Shown: positions 51,060 to 63,365 of the stretch, in pieces
Numbering within the stretch: position 1 is the stretch's first letter
How the letters are laid out: each line of letters opens with the position of its first letter
Origin: Mobula birostris
Taxonomy: Eukaryota
NCBI RefSeq assembly: GCF_030028105.1
Contig: NC_092387.1
Coordinates: forward strand, 37,953,590 to 38,017,589
Length of the DNA stretch: 64,000 bases
Reading direction: 5' to 3'
The notes under the pieces: model-generated
Database searches by the model: none
The model's input: the letters and a program-made list of their open reading frames with translations, nothing else
Told to the model about the DNA's origin: nothing
Position numbers and translations under genes: made by a program

Positions 51060-52312
51060 TTTTTCAAAACACACCACACTGCACCACACTGCACACAGTT
51101 CTCTCTCACTTGGACAACAAAGACACATGCCAGAATCCTGTACATTGATTTCAGTTCAGCGTTCAATACCATCATCCCACAGAGACTAGTGGAGGAACTG
51201 TCACTGCTTGGCCTTAGCACTGCCATGTGTCGCTGGATTCTGGATTTCTTGACAGAGAGACCACAGTCAGTCCGTGTTGGCAGGAACATCTCTGACTCCA
51301 TCACATTGAGCACTGGATCCCCACAAGGCTGTGTGCTTAGCCCATTGCTGTTTACACTGCTAACACATGACTGTGCAGCCAGATTCAAGGAGAACCTGAT
51401 CACTAAATTTGCAGACGATACCACAGTGGTGGGGCTCATCAGCAAAAATGATGAAACTATGTACAGGGAGGAGGTCAAACACCTAGAGAGCTGGTGCAGT
51501 GATAACAGCTTGATGCTTAATGTCACCAAAACCAAGGAGATGATCGTCGATTTCAGACGGTCTCAGCCTGAGCACACACCCCTCAGCATCAGCGGCTCCA
51601 CAGTGGAGAGAGTGGAAAACATCAAGTTCCTTGGGGTGGAGATCTCGGACAATCTCACCTGGTCCAGAAACACCACTGGGATTGTGAAACGGGCCCAGCA
51701 GAGATTGCACTTTCTGAGGAAGCTTAAACAAGCATCACTCCCCACTAACATCTTAACTACATTCTACAGAGGCGTGGTTGAGAGCGTGCTGACCTTTTGC
51801 ATCACAACCTGGTACTCCAGCTGCAGTGCTGTCGACAAAAAAGCCTTGCAGAGGGTGGTTAGGGGAGCAGAGAAGGTTATTGGGATCTCCCTACCTTCTG
51901 TCCAAGACCTCTTTCAGAGTCGATGCCTCCAGAAGACACGGTGCATCATTAAAGACCCCTCACACCCTCTCCATGAACTGTTCGTTCTTCTGCCATCAGG
52001 CAAATGTTACAGGAGTATCAAAACTAAAACCACAAGGCTACTAAACAGCTTCCTCCCACAGGCAGTCAGACTGCTAAATAGCTGCTCCACCTGACTCTGC
52101 TTTGGACACTTTTAACTTGCTCTGGACACTTATAACTGATTTAACTGACGTGTGGCCATCGTGTTTTACTATTTATTGTTATGTTTATTATTTAGTGTTG
52201 CGTTTGTTATGTTATGATTGCACTGCCCCTGAGGAACGCTGTCTCATTCTGCCCTGCAGAGCTGATGTATGGTTAGAATGACAATAAAGTTTTTGGAATC
52301 TTGAATCTTGAA
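51060..52312 (+). mobile_element. Young 5'-truncated Rex1/Babar LINE with a long open RT frame
   Basis: ORF 51057..52094 (345 aa): [34 protein letters not shown]; (gaatctt)n tail. Confidence 0.95.
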
Positions 52313-52429
52313 ATGCTTATCCTCTATTCTAAGCAGTGATTTCATGGAGTAAGGGAAAATTTATGTTGCGTTAAGGAGGATTTCAACACATGTTAAAGCT
52401 TCTTCTCCATTTGATTTGGAATCTTTTCC

Positions 52430-52900
52430 CTCAATGATTTGTGGTCGGTTTCTGATGTTAGTTCTGAGAATGGCAAGGCCAGTACAATGGAGCAGACTGA
52501 AGGTAATTAGAGCCGTATTGGGATGTTAGCCTGGGAGAGAACACTGATGTTTGTTTGGTTATCCTTTCAGTAGATTCAGAACATTTTGCCAAAACGGTCT
52601 TTATGGTATATTTCCAGTATTCTACTGCAGTTAGTCCACGTTTCAGAAGCGTACAGGAATGCAGTGATATGGCAGACCATGGTTTGTTTTACCATGGTTA
52701 TTAATCTTCAAACACCTTTCCTTAATCAATGGGGTGCATTGAAGGTGCTGCGTGCCTTTATAAGAGTCGGATCCTGAGATATGACAACAGGTCCACCTTT
52801 TGGCCATTATGTATTGTCCACTTCTCAGGAAAAATTACTGGTTCTCCACTCGCAAGGCAGCAAGCTTCTATTGGCTACTGGAACATAAGATTTTATTCCT
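52430..52900 (-). mobile_element. Old RTE-clade fragment
   Basis: Minus-strand remnants YASETWTN, KDNQTNISVLSQANIPI and LHCTG, similar to 16285-16615. Confidence 0.55.
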
Positions 52901-53021
52901 GCAGCTTAGTAGTAGAAAATTATTTAAGCATATTGATTTCTTATTACTGGGCTCACTCAAATCACGTACTGAGTAACATGAACCACTCAAGCATCTGATC
53001 CCGTAATACTCACATACGTAC

Positions 53022-53190
53022 CAGCAACATATTTAAAAGCTCCTTAGATGGGTGAGAAGACAAGGCAGCAGCGTGCAAAAATGTCTGCATTTGAGGAACT
53101 TGTTTCTCTGTGGTGAAGTCCAAATATTCCGAGAGTGCACTCAGGGATGATTCTGTCTGCGCTGCTGTCGCTGAGTCTATCAGAAAGGAG
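53022..53190 (-). CDS. mttp-like: MTTP-family exon 9 equivalent (169 bp): SFLIDSATAAQTESSLSALSEYLDFTTEKQVPQMQTFLHAAALSSHPSKELLNMLL
   Basis: Lies within ORF 53010..53204. Canonical AG/GT ends. D..T.AQT..SL...LDF and SHP..ELL motifs of the MTTP helical domain. Confidence 0.93.
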
Positions 53191-53502
53191 CTAGAATACA
53201 TCAAAAATGGTAAGAAGCCTTCATTTGTAGAAATGTAGTCACTGGGACTGAAATTCTATGGAAAACCTTCAGCTGTGTTTCATTCACAAGCAGGAAACTA
53301 TCTCAAGAGTCAAAATTTTATGAAGATTAAAGAGTCCAGCAGGCTTAAGTAGGGATGAAAGAGACTGCAGATGCAGGAACCTGAAACAACAAACGATCTG
53401 CTGGAGGAACTCAGTGGGTTGAGCAGTATCTGTGTGAGAAAAGGAAATGTCGACATTTTGGGTAAAAATTCTGCATCTGGGCTGAGAGTGGAGGTGAGAT
53501 GA

Positions 53503-53760
53503 GACCATAACACAATAAGACACAAGATCAGAATTTGGGCAGTTGGCCCATTGATTCTGCTCTACCATTTGATCATGACTGATTTATTTTCCCTCTCAAC
53601 ATCATTCTCCTGGCTTCTCCCCTTAACCTTTGACACCCTTTCTAATCAAGAACCTATCAACCTCCATTTTGCACATACCCAATGAATTGGCCTCCACAGC
53701 CACCCATGGCAATGAATTGCACAGATTCACAACCTTCTGCCTAAAGAAGTTCCTCCTCAT
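53503..53760 (-). mobile_element. CR1 3' end, preceded by a PLE fragment (53360-53500)
   Basis: Similar to 58523-58770. Confidence 0.8.
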
Positions 53761-55533
53761 GGCCAGAGATGGCCAGAATATTAATAAGAAAACGAGAGGC
53801 CATCATGTCTCTCCATCCTCAGACCTGATGCAGAGTTTACCTCCACCAGATTGTTTGTTACCAATGTCCTTTACGTGCTGCACCCCAGTTTTGGTAATTG
53901 TATATTTGAACATCTGGCGTTCGTATTTTCCAACAAATGGCTTTATCCAATGATAAATGACTCACAAGCTGGCAGGAAGCAAGGGGATCTGACCCAGAGT
54001 TTGTGCAGAGATACATGAAAACTCAGTGTCCCTTTTGGAGAAGTCATGAAGATTTTCAGAAAGAAAATGGCCTAAAAGTTCAACTATGTCGTACAATCAT
54101 TTTCTGTGCCAAGATGGATCCTTGAAAATACAATCACTAAATATCACCTGCACAGAACTGTACTGAGTGCAATAAGGGAGTCTTTAATTATGAAGCAGGA
54201 ATGAACCAGATGACTGTTTGGAGTTAGTTAATGGACCACAAATTACATGGGATCCTGCTGCTGAATACAACCATCAGCCTTTCTCCAGGTAGATCCTCCA
54301 TTAAGTTTTTGTCATTCCTCCTTGTTCTCTACCTTATCACTGATTTCTTGGTAATCTTCTTTTTGCTTCCTATGTTTCCTCAACAAGATCATCTGTCTGC
54401 CTGAGACCTTTGCCACCCCACAATCCCATTACATTGCCCACCAACAGCACCCCTTCACAATTTCTTGATAGTCTTTACTCTAAGCAAAAGGATGAGAACA
54501 TGAAGGTCTTTGTGTGAGGTTTTTGTTATTTAAAGTCCATTTTATCATGCACAACACGTTGAAGGAATATCGCCAGTTTCAGAGACCCACTCAAACGTTG
54601 CATGCATTCTCCTCTTTGCCCTTCCCTTGCTCTCTATTCCATCTCCTCATCATTAATCCTGCGCTTCCCTTCTACCTCCACCTGCTTCTTTCTCCCTCCC
54701 TTCTGCATGGCACAACTTCACAGCAGATTTGTTCTGTCATGATTTGTAGGTCAACGCCCACCATTCCACTCAAAAGCAGCAGAGATAAATTCTTGGTGAG
54801 CATTGAATATATGACTACGCACAACACTGAGGTTGGGAAAGCCTTCATCCTCTGACACTCTATGCAAAAATTATAAGTAAAAATAAAAGTCCAGCTTTCT
54901 CAATAATTGCTTTTTATTAAGAGGCTTACATGCCTTGTAGAAACAATAGTCACTAAACTATGATTACAGATTGAAACATAAGATTACACCATTCTACTTT
55001 GACTCCTCAGCTTTATGTGCAACAATTAACCAATGTGTTTTCTCCTAGCTATTATCAACTCACTATGCTGCCATATTTTGCAAACTATCCATTCTATTAC
55101 TAACTCATTGTTTTCACCATTTTTTCCTGCAGTCAAAAGACCTCTCTCTCTCTCTCTCTCCCCCTCTCTCTATCTAGCTCCCTTTCAATGTTGTTTTTCA
55201 TAATTTTGTTTAAATTTCATATTTCTACTTGTCTTCCTTTTCGTTTAATTGGCTGAAGGTTGACTAGATGTGAATGGTACGTTCTAGCAAGGTCTCCAAG
55301 ATTTATTTTTTTATATGAAACAATTTATCCCTTAGCATCACAGCTGAACTTTTCTTGCAACTCCAGAGAGAGGTCTTATGCACAAAATAGAGCCCTGACC
55401 TACAAAGAGGCTTATGAAAGAATAGGATTATTTCAGACCAGTAATAAGGTCTTTATCTGCCAAATAGTATTTTATAGAATCTTAAACAAATGTACATTTA
55501 GAATAGCAAAAGAAACACATGCCATGGACTCAC

Positions 55534-55691
55534 ATCTCATTTTCAGCTGCCTTCTTCAGAAAATTCAGGATCACCTTCGACTTTGCTTCTCTAAGCAGAT
55601 GAACAAAAGCCAGAAAAACTTTTGCTGCAGATACCTTGGAAAGATCTTGCACACTGTCTTTTTCATTGAGACTTTTCAAGTAGCCATTTGC
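55534..55691 (-). CDS. mttp-like: MTTP-family gene, exon equivalent to MTTP exon 8 (158 bp): ANGYLKSLNEKDSVQDLSKVSAAKVFLAFVHLLREAKSKVILNFLKKAAENE
   Basis: AG acceptor (plus ct 55692-55693) and GTGAGT donor (plus actcac 55528-55533). LSK..A...FLAF..LR.AK..IL pattern resembles MTTP. Phase 0 to 2 joins the next exon in frame. Confidence 0.9.
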
Positions 55692-56059
55692 CTAAAAGAA
55701 AAACAAAGTGATGTTACATTGTGGATTCCATCCTGTGCTTCACAGGAATTCAACTTAAGGAGTCTAGAGAACTTCTTCAAAGTCGAGTTCATTGTCATAT
55801 GCACAAGTACGTGTATGCACAAGTGCAATGAAAAATTTATTTCCAGATACAACACAAGCATTACACGAAAATCATAAACTAAACATAAATTAGATTAGAT
55901 TAAATAACATTTATTCATCATACATATTGAAACATACTATACATGCGTTAACAACTAACACAATCTGAGAATGTGCTGGGGGTAGCTTGCAACTGTTGCC
56001 ATACTTCCGGGGCCAACATAACATGCCCACAATGTTCAGGAGAACAACACACTGGCAAC

Positions 56060-57330
56060 ATACAGAATCAAAATCAGGTTTATTATCACTGACATACGTC
56101 AGAAAATTTGTTTTTTTTTTGCAGCAGTACAGAGAAATATATTTTTATAATACTGTGTTACGATAAGAAATATCTAAAAAATAAGCAATTAGATCAAAAA
56201 TTGATCATGGGTTTCACAGTCCATTCAGAAGTTTGATGGTGGAGAGGAAAAAGCTGTTCCTAAAACAATAAGTGTATGTTTTTAGGCTCCTGATGGTAGC
56301 AATGAGACATGGATATATCCTGGATGGTGAAGGTCCTTAATGATGGATGCTGTACCTTCTTGTGGCATCTCTTATTGAAAATATCCTTGATGATTCAGCT
56401 GGCTGTGTTTGTAAGCCTCTGCAGCTTCTTCTGATCCTGTGCACTGGCAGACAGTGTCGCAACCAGTCAGAATGACGTCCACAGTACATCTATAGAATTT
56501 TGCTGGAGGCTTTGATGAATTATGAAATCTGCTCAAAGCCCTAATGAAGTATAATCACTGGCGTGCCTTCTTTGTAATTGCATCAATATGTTGGGCCCGG
56601 GTTAGATTTTCAGAGATGTTGACGCCCAGGAACTTGAAGCTGCTTACCCTTTCCACTGCAGATGCTTCGATGAGGACTACTACGTGTTCTCCTGTCTGCC
56701 CGCTCCTGACATCTCCAATCATTTTCATGGTCTTAATGATGTTGAGTGCAAGGTTATTGCAACACCACTCAAATAGTCAACTAGCCCCATCTCTCTCTCT
56801 CTCTCCTGATGGCTCATTCCCATCTGAGGTTCTGTCAACAACAGTTGGTGTCTTCGGCAAATTTACAGATGGCATTTGAGTTGTGCCTAGCCACAGTCAT
56901 GAGTCTAGAGACAGAGCAGGGCAGTGGGCTAAGCACACATTCTTAAGGTGCGCCAGTGTTGATTGTCAGCGAGGAGGAGATATTATTTCCAATCTGGACT
57001 GATGGTGGTCTCCCGCTGAGGAAGTCAAGGATCCAGTTGAAGAGGGAGGTTTTGAAATGTTGATTAGTACTGAGGGTATGATGTTGTTTAACGTTGAACT
57101 GTGATCAATAAGCAACAGCCAGATGTAGGTAGACTGCTGTTTAGGTGATCCAAGGCCCAGTGGAGAGTCAGTCACATTACATCTGCTGTAGACCTATTGT
57201 GGCAGTAGAAAAATTGCAGTTCTGGCCATGACCAACCGCTCAAAGCACTTCATTATGGTAGACATGAGTGCTACTGGATGATCATCGTTGAAGCAGTAAA
57301 CCCTGCTCTTCCTGGTATGATTGATGCCCT
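56060..57330 (-). mobile_element. Degraded Rex1/Babar RT and 3' end
   Basis: [15 protein letters not shown] remnant and (atcaga) tail. Confidence 0.75.
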
Positions 57331-57419
57331 TTGAAGACAGACATAACAAAACTCCTTCCTACCCTCCACGCTCTCACAATGGTAATCACCGGCCCTTATC
57401 CTTGCGGCCCATCAATCAT

Positions 57420-57860
57420 GATCCTTGACCTTGGGGACTGCAGATCTCCATCCTCAGTGCCTGCCAACCTGACCTCCGTCTTCTGGGATAATGTAAGTCC
57501 AACAACCGGACCTGCCAACTGAACTCAGGCCTCCGGTCTTGCCCTGTATGGACCTCTGATCCTAGGTCTTACCAGAGTTGGGATCACTGGCCCTCGTCCT
57601 TGGGGCTCACTCACCTCAGTCATGGACCACAGGGTTGGCTGGTCTTCGTCCTCAGCACCAGCTGATCTGATTTCCTTTGGGGATCACTGGAGTCCAACAT
57701 CAGGACTTGTTGACCAAACTTGTGTCTCCGGCCCACATGCCCATAAGATCCCAGAACTTGCTGATCTCGGGCGTCAACAATACTCATACTCGGTGCCCAA
57801 AAAAATCGGTTCTTGACCTTGAGAATTGCCCATCTTCGTCAGTGCCAGCTGAGCCATTTC
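57420..57860. repeat. Degenerate tandem repeat with a period of about 195 bp
   Basis: The motif tct(c/t)c(a/g)tcctcag..cc.gc..a.ctga recurs at about 57445, 57643 and 57833; agtccaaca..gga and ctccgg recur in register. Confidence 0.55.
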
Positions 57861-57954
57861 CACCACCTCACCCACCCCATACCCCATCCTCTGGGATCAC
57901 TCTTATCTGACCATGGAATGCTCTGAACTGGACCCCAACCTCCAGCTCTTGCCA

Positions 57955-58352
57955 CTGCAGGAATTTCTAAACTCAGCCAACTCCATCACAGGTACTGGCC
58001 TTCCCAGCATCAAACACGTCTTCAAAAGGCGATGCCTCAGAAAGGCAGTATGCATCATCAAGGACCCCCAGCACACAGGGGACGTCCTCTTCACATTGCT
58101 ACCATTAAGGGGGAGGTACAGGAGCCTGAAGGCACACACTTAATGTTTCAAGGACAGCATCTTCAGATTTCTGAATGGACAATGACCTATAAACACTACC
58201 CTACTATTTTTTTCCCTTTTTGCTCTTTATGTACAACTTATTTAATTTAATTTTTATATTCATTTCTCATTGTAATTTATAGTTTTTTATTATTATGTAT
58301 TGCAATGTACCGCTACTGCAAAACAAATTACACAACGTAGGCCAATGAAATT
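57955..58352 (+). mobile_element. Rex1 3' end
   Basis: RCLRKAVCIIKDPQH...LFTLLP..RYRSLK and an (attctg) tail. Confidence 0.85.
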
Positions 58353-58522
58353 AAACCTAATTCTGATTCTCATTCTTTCGATTTTGTATATTTTGTATTC
58401 ACAGTTATTTTCCAGTTAAGCTATCAGTATTTTTAAGATGATCATTAGTTGTTTTTTCAGATTTGTGATCAAACATGTTTGCACAGTTAACTACTTCTGA
58501 TGACCAATACTGTAACTGTGTT

Positions 58523-59385
58523 AAGACCATAAGACATCGAGTAGAATTAGGCCATTCAACCCATCAAGTCTGCTCCATCTTTTAATCATGGCTGATTTAT
58601 TATCCATCTCAACCCCATTTTCTTGCCTACTCCCGGTAACATTTGACACCCCTACTAATCAAGAAACTATTGACTTTTGAATTAAATATATCCAATGACT
58701 TGGCCTCCACAGCTATCTGTGGCTTTGAGTTCCAGATTCAGAGCTCTCTGGCTAAAGAAATTTCTCCTCATCGCCATTCCAAAGAAACATCTGCAGATCT
58801 ACTCTGAGGCAGTGCCCTCTGGTCCTGGATTCCCCCAATATAGGAAACATCCTCTCAATGTTCACTATATCTAGGCCTTTCAATATTTTGATAGGTTTCA
58901 ATAAGATTTCTCCTTCTTCTAAACTCCAGTGACTACAGGCCTAGAGGCATCAAATGTTCCTTATACATTAACCCTTTCATTCCCTGGGATCATTATCGTG
59001 CACCTCCTCTGAATCCTTTCCCATGACAGCACAATCTTTCTTTCCTAGATAAGGGGCCCAAACTGCTCACAAAACTGCAGTCTGACCAATACCTTATAAA
59101 ATTTCAGCATTATATCCTTGCTTTTATATTCTAGTCCTCTTGAAATGAATGCTAACATTACATTGGCCTTCCTTATCACTAAGTCAACCTGCAGGTTAAC
59201 CTTTAGGGAATCCTGCACTAGGACTCCCAGGTCTATTTGCATCTCTGATTTCTGAATGTTCTCCCCATTTAAAAATAGTCTCTGCCTTCTACCAAAATAT
59301 ATGATCATACACTTTCCTACATTATATTCTGTCCACCACTTTGGCCATTTTCCTAATCTGTCTAAGTCCTTCTGCAGACTCCCCC
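58523..59385 (-). mobile_element. CR1 3' region
   Basis: ORF 59045..59308 (DLGVLVQDSLKV...ANVMLAFISRGLEYKS). Confidence 0.88.
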
Positions 59386-60399
59386 TTTTATATTACTGGC
59401 TGGCTTACCTTCTTATTTCATCTTTTTCTCTCCTTATTGCTTTTTAGTTACCTGTTAATTTTAAAAAAAGATTCCCAAACCTCTAACTTCCCACTAACCT
59501 TTGCTATATTATAAGTTTTCGTGCTGTCTTTGACTTCACTTGTCAGCTACAGTTGCCTCATCCTTCCTTTAGAATACTTCTTCTCGAGGATGTATCTATC
59601 CTGCACCTTCTGAATAGCTCCCAGAAGTTAATCAATCATAAATAATAAATCAATACATCCATATATATATTTTTTTTCTCTCTCTCTCCCTCCAACCCCC
59701 CCCCCCCACCAGATAGACATACTGTACAAATAGGTTTCCACAAAAAATTGTGCTGAGGAAAACACATAACACATATTGGCAATAAAAGGTGAGTATTTAG
59801 ACCTATAATCTCTTCTGACATTCGGTGAGATTGTAGCTGATGTATGACATCAACCTTTTCTCCATCGGTCTTAGTTTCTTTACCTCACAAAATTCAAATC
59901 AATTTCTGCTCTGTAGTAAACAATTACTGAAAACCATGAACTATTTGCATATAAAAATGAATCCTAACATAACTTCTACATTATCTACTACATCCCTTAG
60001 TCCTCAACAATAGAAATAGCTTCATTTTATGCACTTATTTTGGTTAATATTTCAAAAGTTTTGATCGCCACCAAGTAATCCTCTAATTTTTTGGAGAATA
60101 TAATCCTAATTGATATAATTTTTAAAATCATTTACTACTTGGAATCATGTCACTGGCAAGGCCTATGTCTATTGTCCATCCTTAAATTCCCTTGAAAATG
60201 GTAATAAGTTACATCACTCTACTAATGGACTCTCTCTAATGAAGGTACTCCCTCTGTGCTTTTCAGTGGGGAGTTCCCAGATAAAAACTGAAGATCGTTT
60301 CAGGAGAGGCAATATATCCCCAAATTAGAAGGATGTGTGACTTAAAGGGAACCTTTCAGGTGATGGGTTTTCTATGTTCTTACCGAGCTTATTTGTTTT

Positions 60400-60765
60400 C
60401 GGGCAGATGGGGCTCGTCAGCCGTGGTTGGCAGCTCACCTGAGAAAAGGAAAACTCTGACCTCAAATCGCCACCATCTTATTCACTCATGAGGAAGGCTT
60501 CGGGTGTAAACCCTGAGGAAAAATCCAGAACTGGAGTCCCTAAGACAGTCCTATATTGAGTTCAGTACTTACTGGCAATTCCTGTGATGCCCCTGGTTCC
60601 AAACTGTAAAGATCTCTGCCATTGCTTTGGATTCATCAGCTGCACAGAGAAGGGGAGCCCTGCATGGGCAACAGATTGTACACCATATCATACTGCTCTA
60701 GCTTGCCTATGAACACAGCCAGGACATAATATCCATGTTGACCCGACCAGTGGAGGGCTTCAAAC
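60400..60765 (+). mobile_element. Bipartite non-autonomous RTE-type element (5' UTR-like part fused to a 3' tail)
   Basis: RTE 5' UTR-like ggcagctcacctgagaaaaggaaaactctga. The 3' half is homologous to the body of the SINE at 45154-45475. Confidence 0.6.
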
Positions 60766-60782
60766 TAAATTTGTTCTTTTGA

Positions 60783-61515
60783 TTCATCACCATCATCAGG
60801 TGCCATGCCCAGTTTGAGCTTTGACTGCCATGGCCCACACACTCCTGTTTCGGGTCAAGTCGATCAATTCATTGGTATTCATTTCCAGTTCTCTGGCTGC
60901 TGTCTCCATCATCATTTGTCTTTGTCTTCCTCTTGCTTTCTTCCCTTCAATCTTTCCCATAATTACCGTGCATTCTAACTCCTCTTTCCTAATCACATGT
61001 CCAATGAAGTTACGTTTCCTTTTCATCTCATACATTATTTCTCTTTTTGTGTTTGCTCTGTTCATGACATCCTTATTAGATATTTGTTTTGTCCATGATA
61101 TTCTTTGCATCCTCCTCAAAAACCACATCTCTGCTGCTACAATTTGTTTCCTCATGTTACTAGATATTGCCCAACATTCTGAGCCATATAACATAACTGG
61201 ATAAACGTAACATTTCAGTATTCTGAGGTGGGTTGTCATGCCTAGTTTACTATTGGTCAGTATACTCTTCATTCTCATAAAGGTGTCTTTTGCCATCCCT
61301 ATTCTTCTTTTGATGTCCAAGTCGCACCTGCCATCTGATGTCACCCAGCTTCCTAAGTAGCAAAAGTTCTGTACTTGTTTTATGTCTTTCCCATTTATTC
61401 TCGGCCTGCAGATAGGATCCTCCTTCTTTTTGGGTATCACCATACATTCTGTCTTTTTTCAATTGATAGATAGACCCATTTTTGCACTTTCTTCAACAAT
61501 TATATCAACCAAGTT
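60783..61515 (-). mobile_element. 5'-truncated RTE-clade LINE with an open C-terminal ORF
   Basis: ORF 60796..61443 (FCYLGS..DIKRRIGMAK..LYGSECW..EMWFLRRM..GHVIR..GK..RGR) and a (TGA)n tail. Confidence 0.9.
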
Positions 61516-61589
61516 TATCATTATGTAGCTTATTCAAGTTGTTTTGATTAGAAGAGCCGATAGATGTTTACGAAGGCATATAGTGTGTA

Positions 61590-62130
61590 GGCCTTCATTA
61601 GTCAGGGTTTGATTTGAAGAGCTGCAAGGTAATGTGGTTAGACCACATTCAGAATATTGTGCCCAGTTCTGATCGCCTCATTATAAGAAGGATGTAAAAG
61701 CTTTAGCAGAGGAGATTTACCGGGATGCTACCTAAAGCAGAGAGATTACCTTTTAGGTTGCATGAACTTGGGTTTTTCTCTATGGAGTGAAGGAGTTGAT
61801 TTCATAGAGGTGTATATGATGATAGGCATAGACTGAGTGGATAGCTAGACCTTTTTTCCCCAGCCCAGAAATAACCAGGGGCATAATTTTAAGGTGATTG
61901 GAAGAGAGTAAGGGGGGGAGCCAGAGGTACATTTTTCTCACAGAGGGTGGTGGTGGTGGTACAGGCAAATACGTTAGGGACACTTAATAAGCTCTTAGAT
62001 TGGCACATGGATGACAGAAAAATGGACGGCTACATATGAGGGAAGGGTTTGATTGAATAGGTAAAACGTTTGGCGCAACATTGTGGGCTAAAGGATCTGT
62101 AGCATTCTATGTTATAAGTTCTATGTTCTA
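61590..62130 (+). mobile_element. Degraded CR1 3' fragment
   Basis: VRPHSEYCAQF and a (ctatgtt) tail. Confidence 0.75.
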
Positions 62131-63365
62131 AAAATCGCCTGTCAAACATTTAACTTTCAGGGAATACAGATACTTTTTTTGTTAAATCTCATCAGATGAG
62201 GAATTTTTAGTTATCCACAGGTAATGCAAGTATATCGCTAAAGAACCAGAATCCTGAAATTCTTTGAGGTTCACATGGCAACACGGCACTGTTTGAAATT
62301 CCCAGGCTCCCCCTTGTACACTGTCAGTTTCAGGGTGAGCTACTATATGGATCCTTAGAAAAAACATTTAGATTCGCAGCCACAGGAGCCAGTCTTTAAA
62401 GAGATCCACATAATGCAAACAAAACACAAGCAGCTTTGATTTCACATACGGCAGCTGCAATGATGGGAGAAGAGAAGTAAAGTTCTAACTGAATCACTGC
62501 TCTTTTTTGTAGCTGCCAAGGAGCTAATCTGGGATGCTTGCGCCAGCTGATTGCTAAGGGCTAACAAGGTCCAGTGTGCGAATGCATGCGCTTAAACACG
62601 TCCGCAGTGATACTAAGTCCTTGTGCTCAAGCCGCCTGTTTCTGTAGACTCAGAGAAAATTAGATGCTGTCATCTCTCCTTGAATTTAGAGTTTGGATGA
62701 CCTTCCTGATGCAGCAATGCACAGAAAGTTTGTAAGATGTGGCATAGATCAACGGCAGTGGTCTGGAATGATCTCAGACTTGGAAACTGAGACTGATAAT
62801 GACCTTGACTTCAAATGACAGCTGTTTGATTGAATACATAAAGCTGCATTTGAGTTCCAGGAGGTCCCAGATCTTCATTAGTGCTATCTTGGTGAAGTGC
62901 ACTCTTAGAGAACATTAACTATGAGTACAAGTCTGAGTAGATAAGGTCTTGTGTGTTGAGCACTTCTTAAAGCAACTTTCACTTGGTCCCTGCAGGTGCC
63001 TTAATGCCTCCAGCACCTATGATCTATTGCCATACGCTCCAGCAAAGGAAGTGCAACTAAACACAAAAAATGCAAGAAAATTTTACTTTTATTTCCAGAC
63101 CTCTTGCAGAATGATGTATGAAATTACTAAATGCATGGATAAGCAATTTTAGTTCGTGTGTGGTCTGTGATCCTGATTTGAGAGTCAGTCTGTCTGCTTT
63201 GTCACAACGTAATCTGCACTGAGTGCTCAGAAGAATCAAAGCTACAAGTTCAGTCTTGTAGAATTACCTTCAGATATATAAATATAAGTAGAACCCTGTA
63301 TGTGTTTAGAAATAACAAAAACTGCTGTATTCCTCCTTCATTTCATCAGACCATAAGACATAGGA

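Noticed and set aside
50804-51535. 243-aa minus-strand ORF
   Set aside because: It is the antisense shadow of the Rex1 RT frame.
55260-55877. 205-aa plus-strand ORF
   Set aside because: It overlaps exon 8 in antisense plus repeat tails and shows no recognisable domain.
62450-62600. Possible MTTP exon 7 (GTATGT donor)
   Set aside because: The required frame contains a stop, there is no acceptor at the expected distance, and it does not resemble MTTP. Exon 7 probably lies outside the window.
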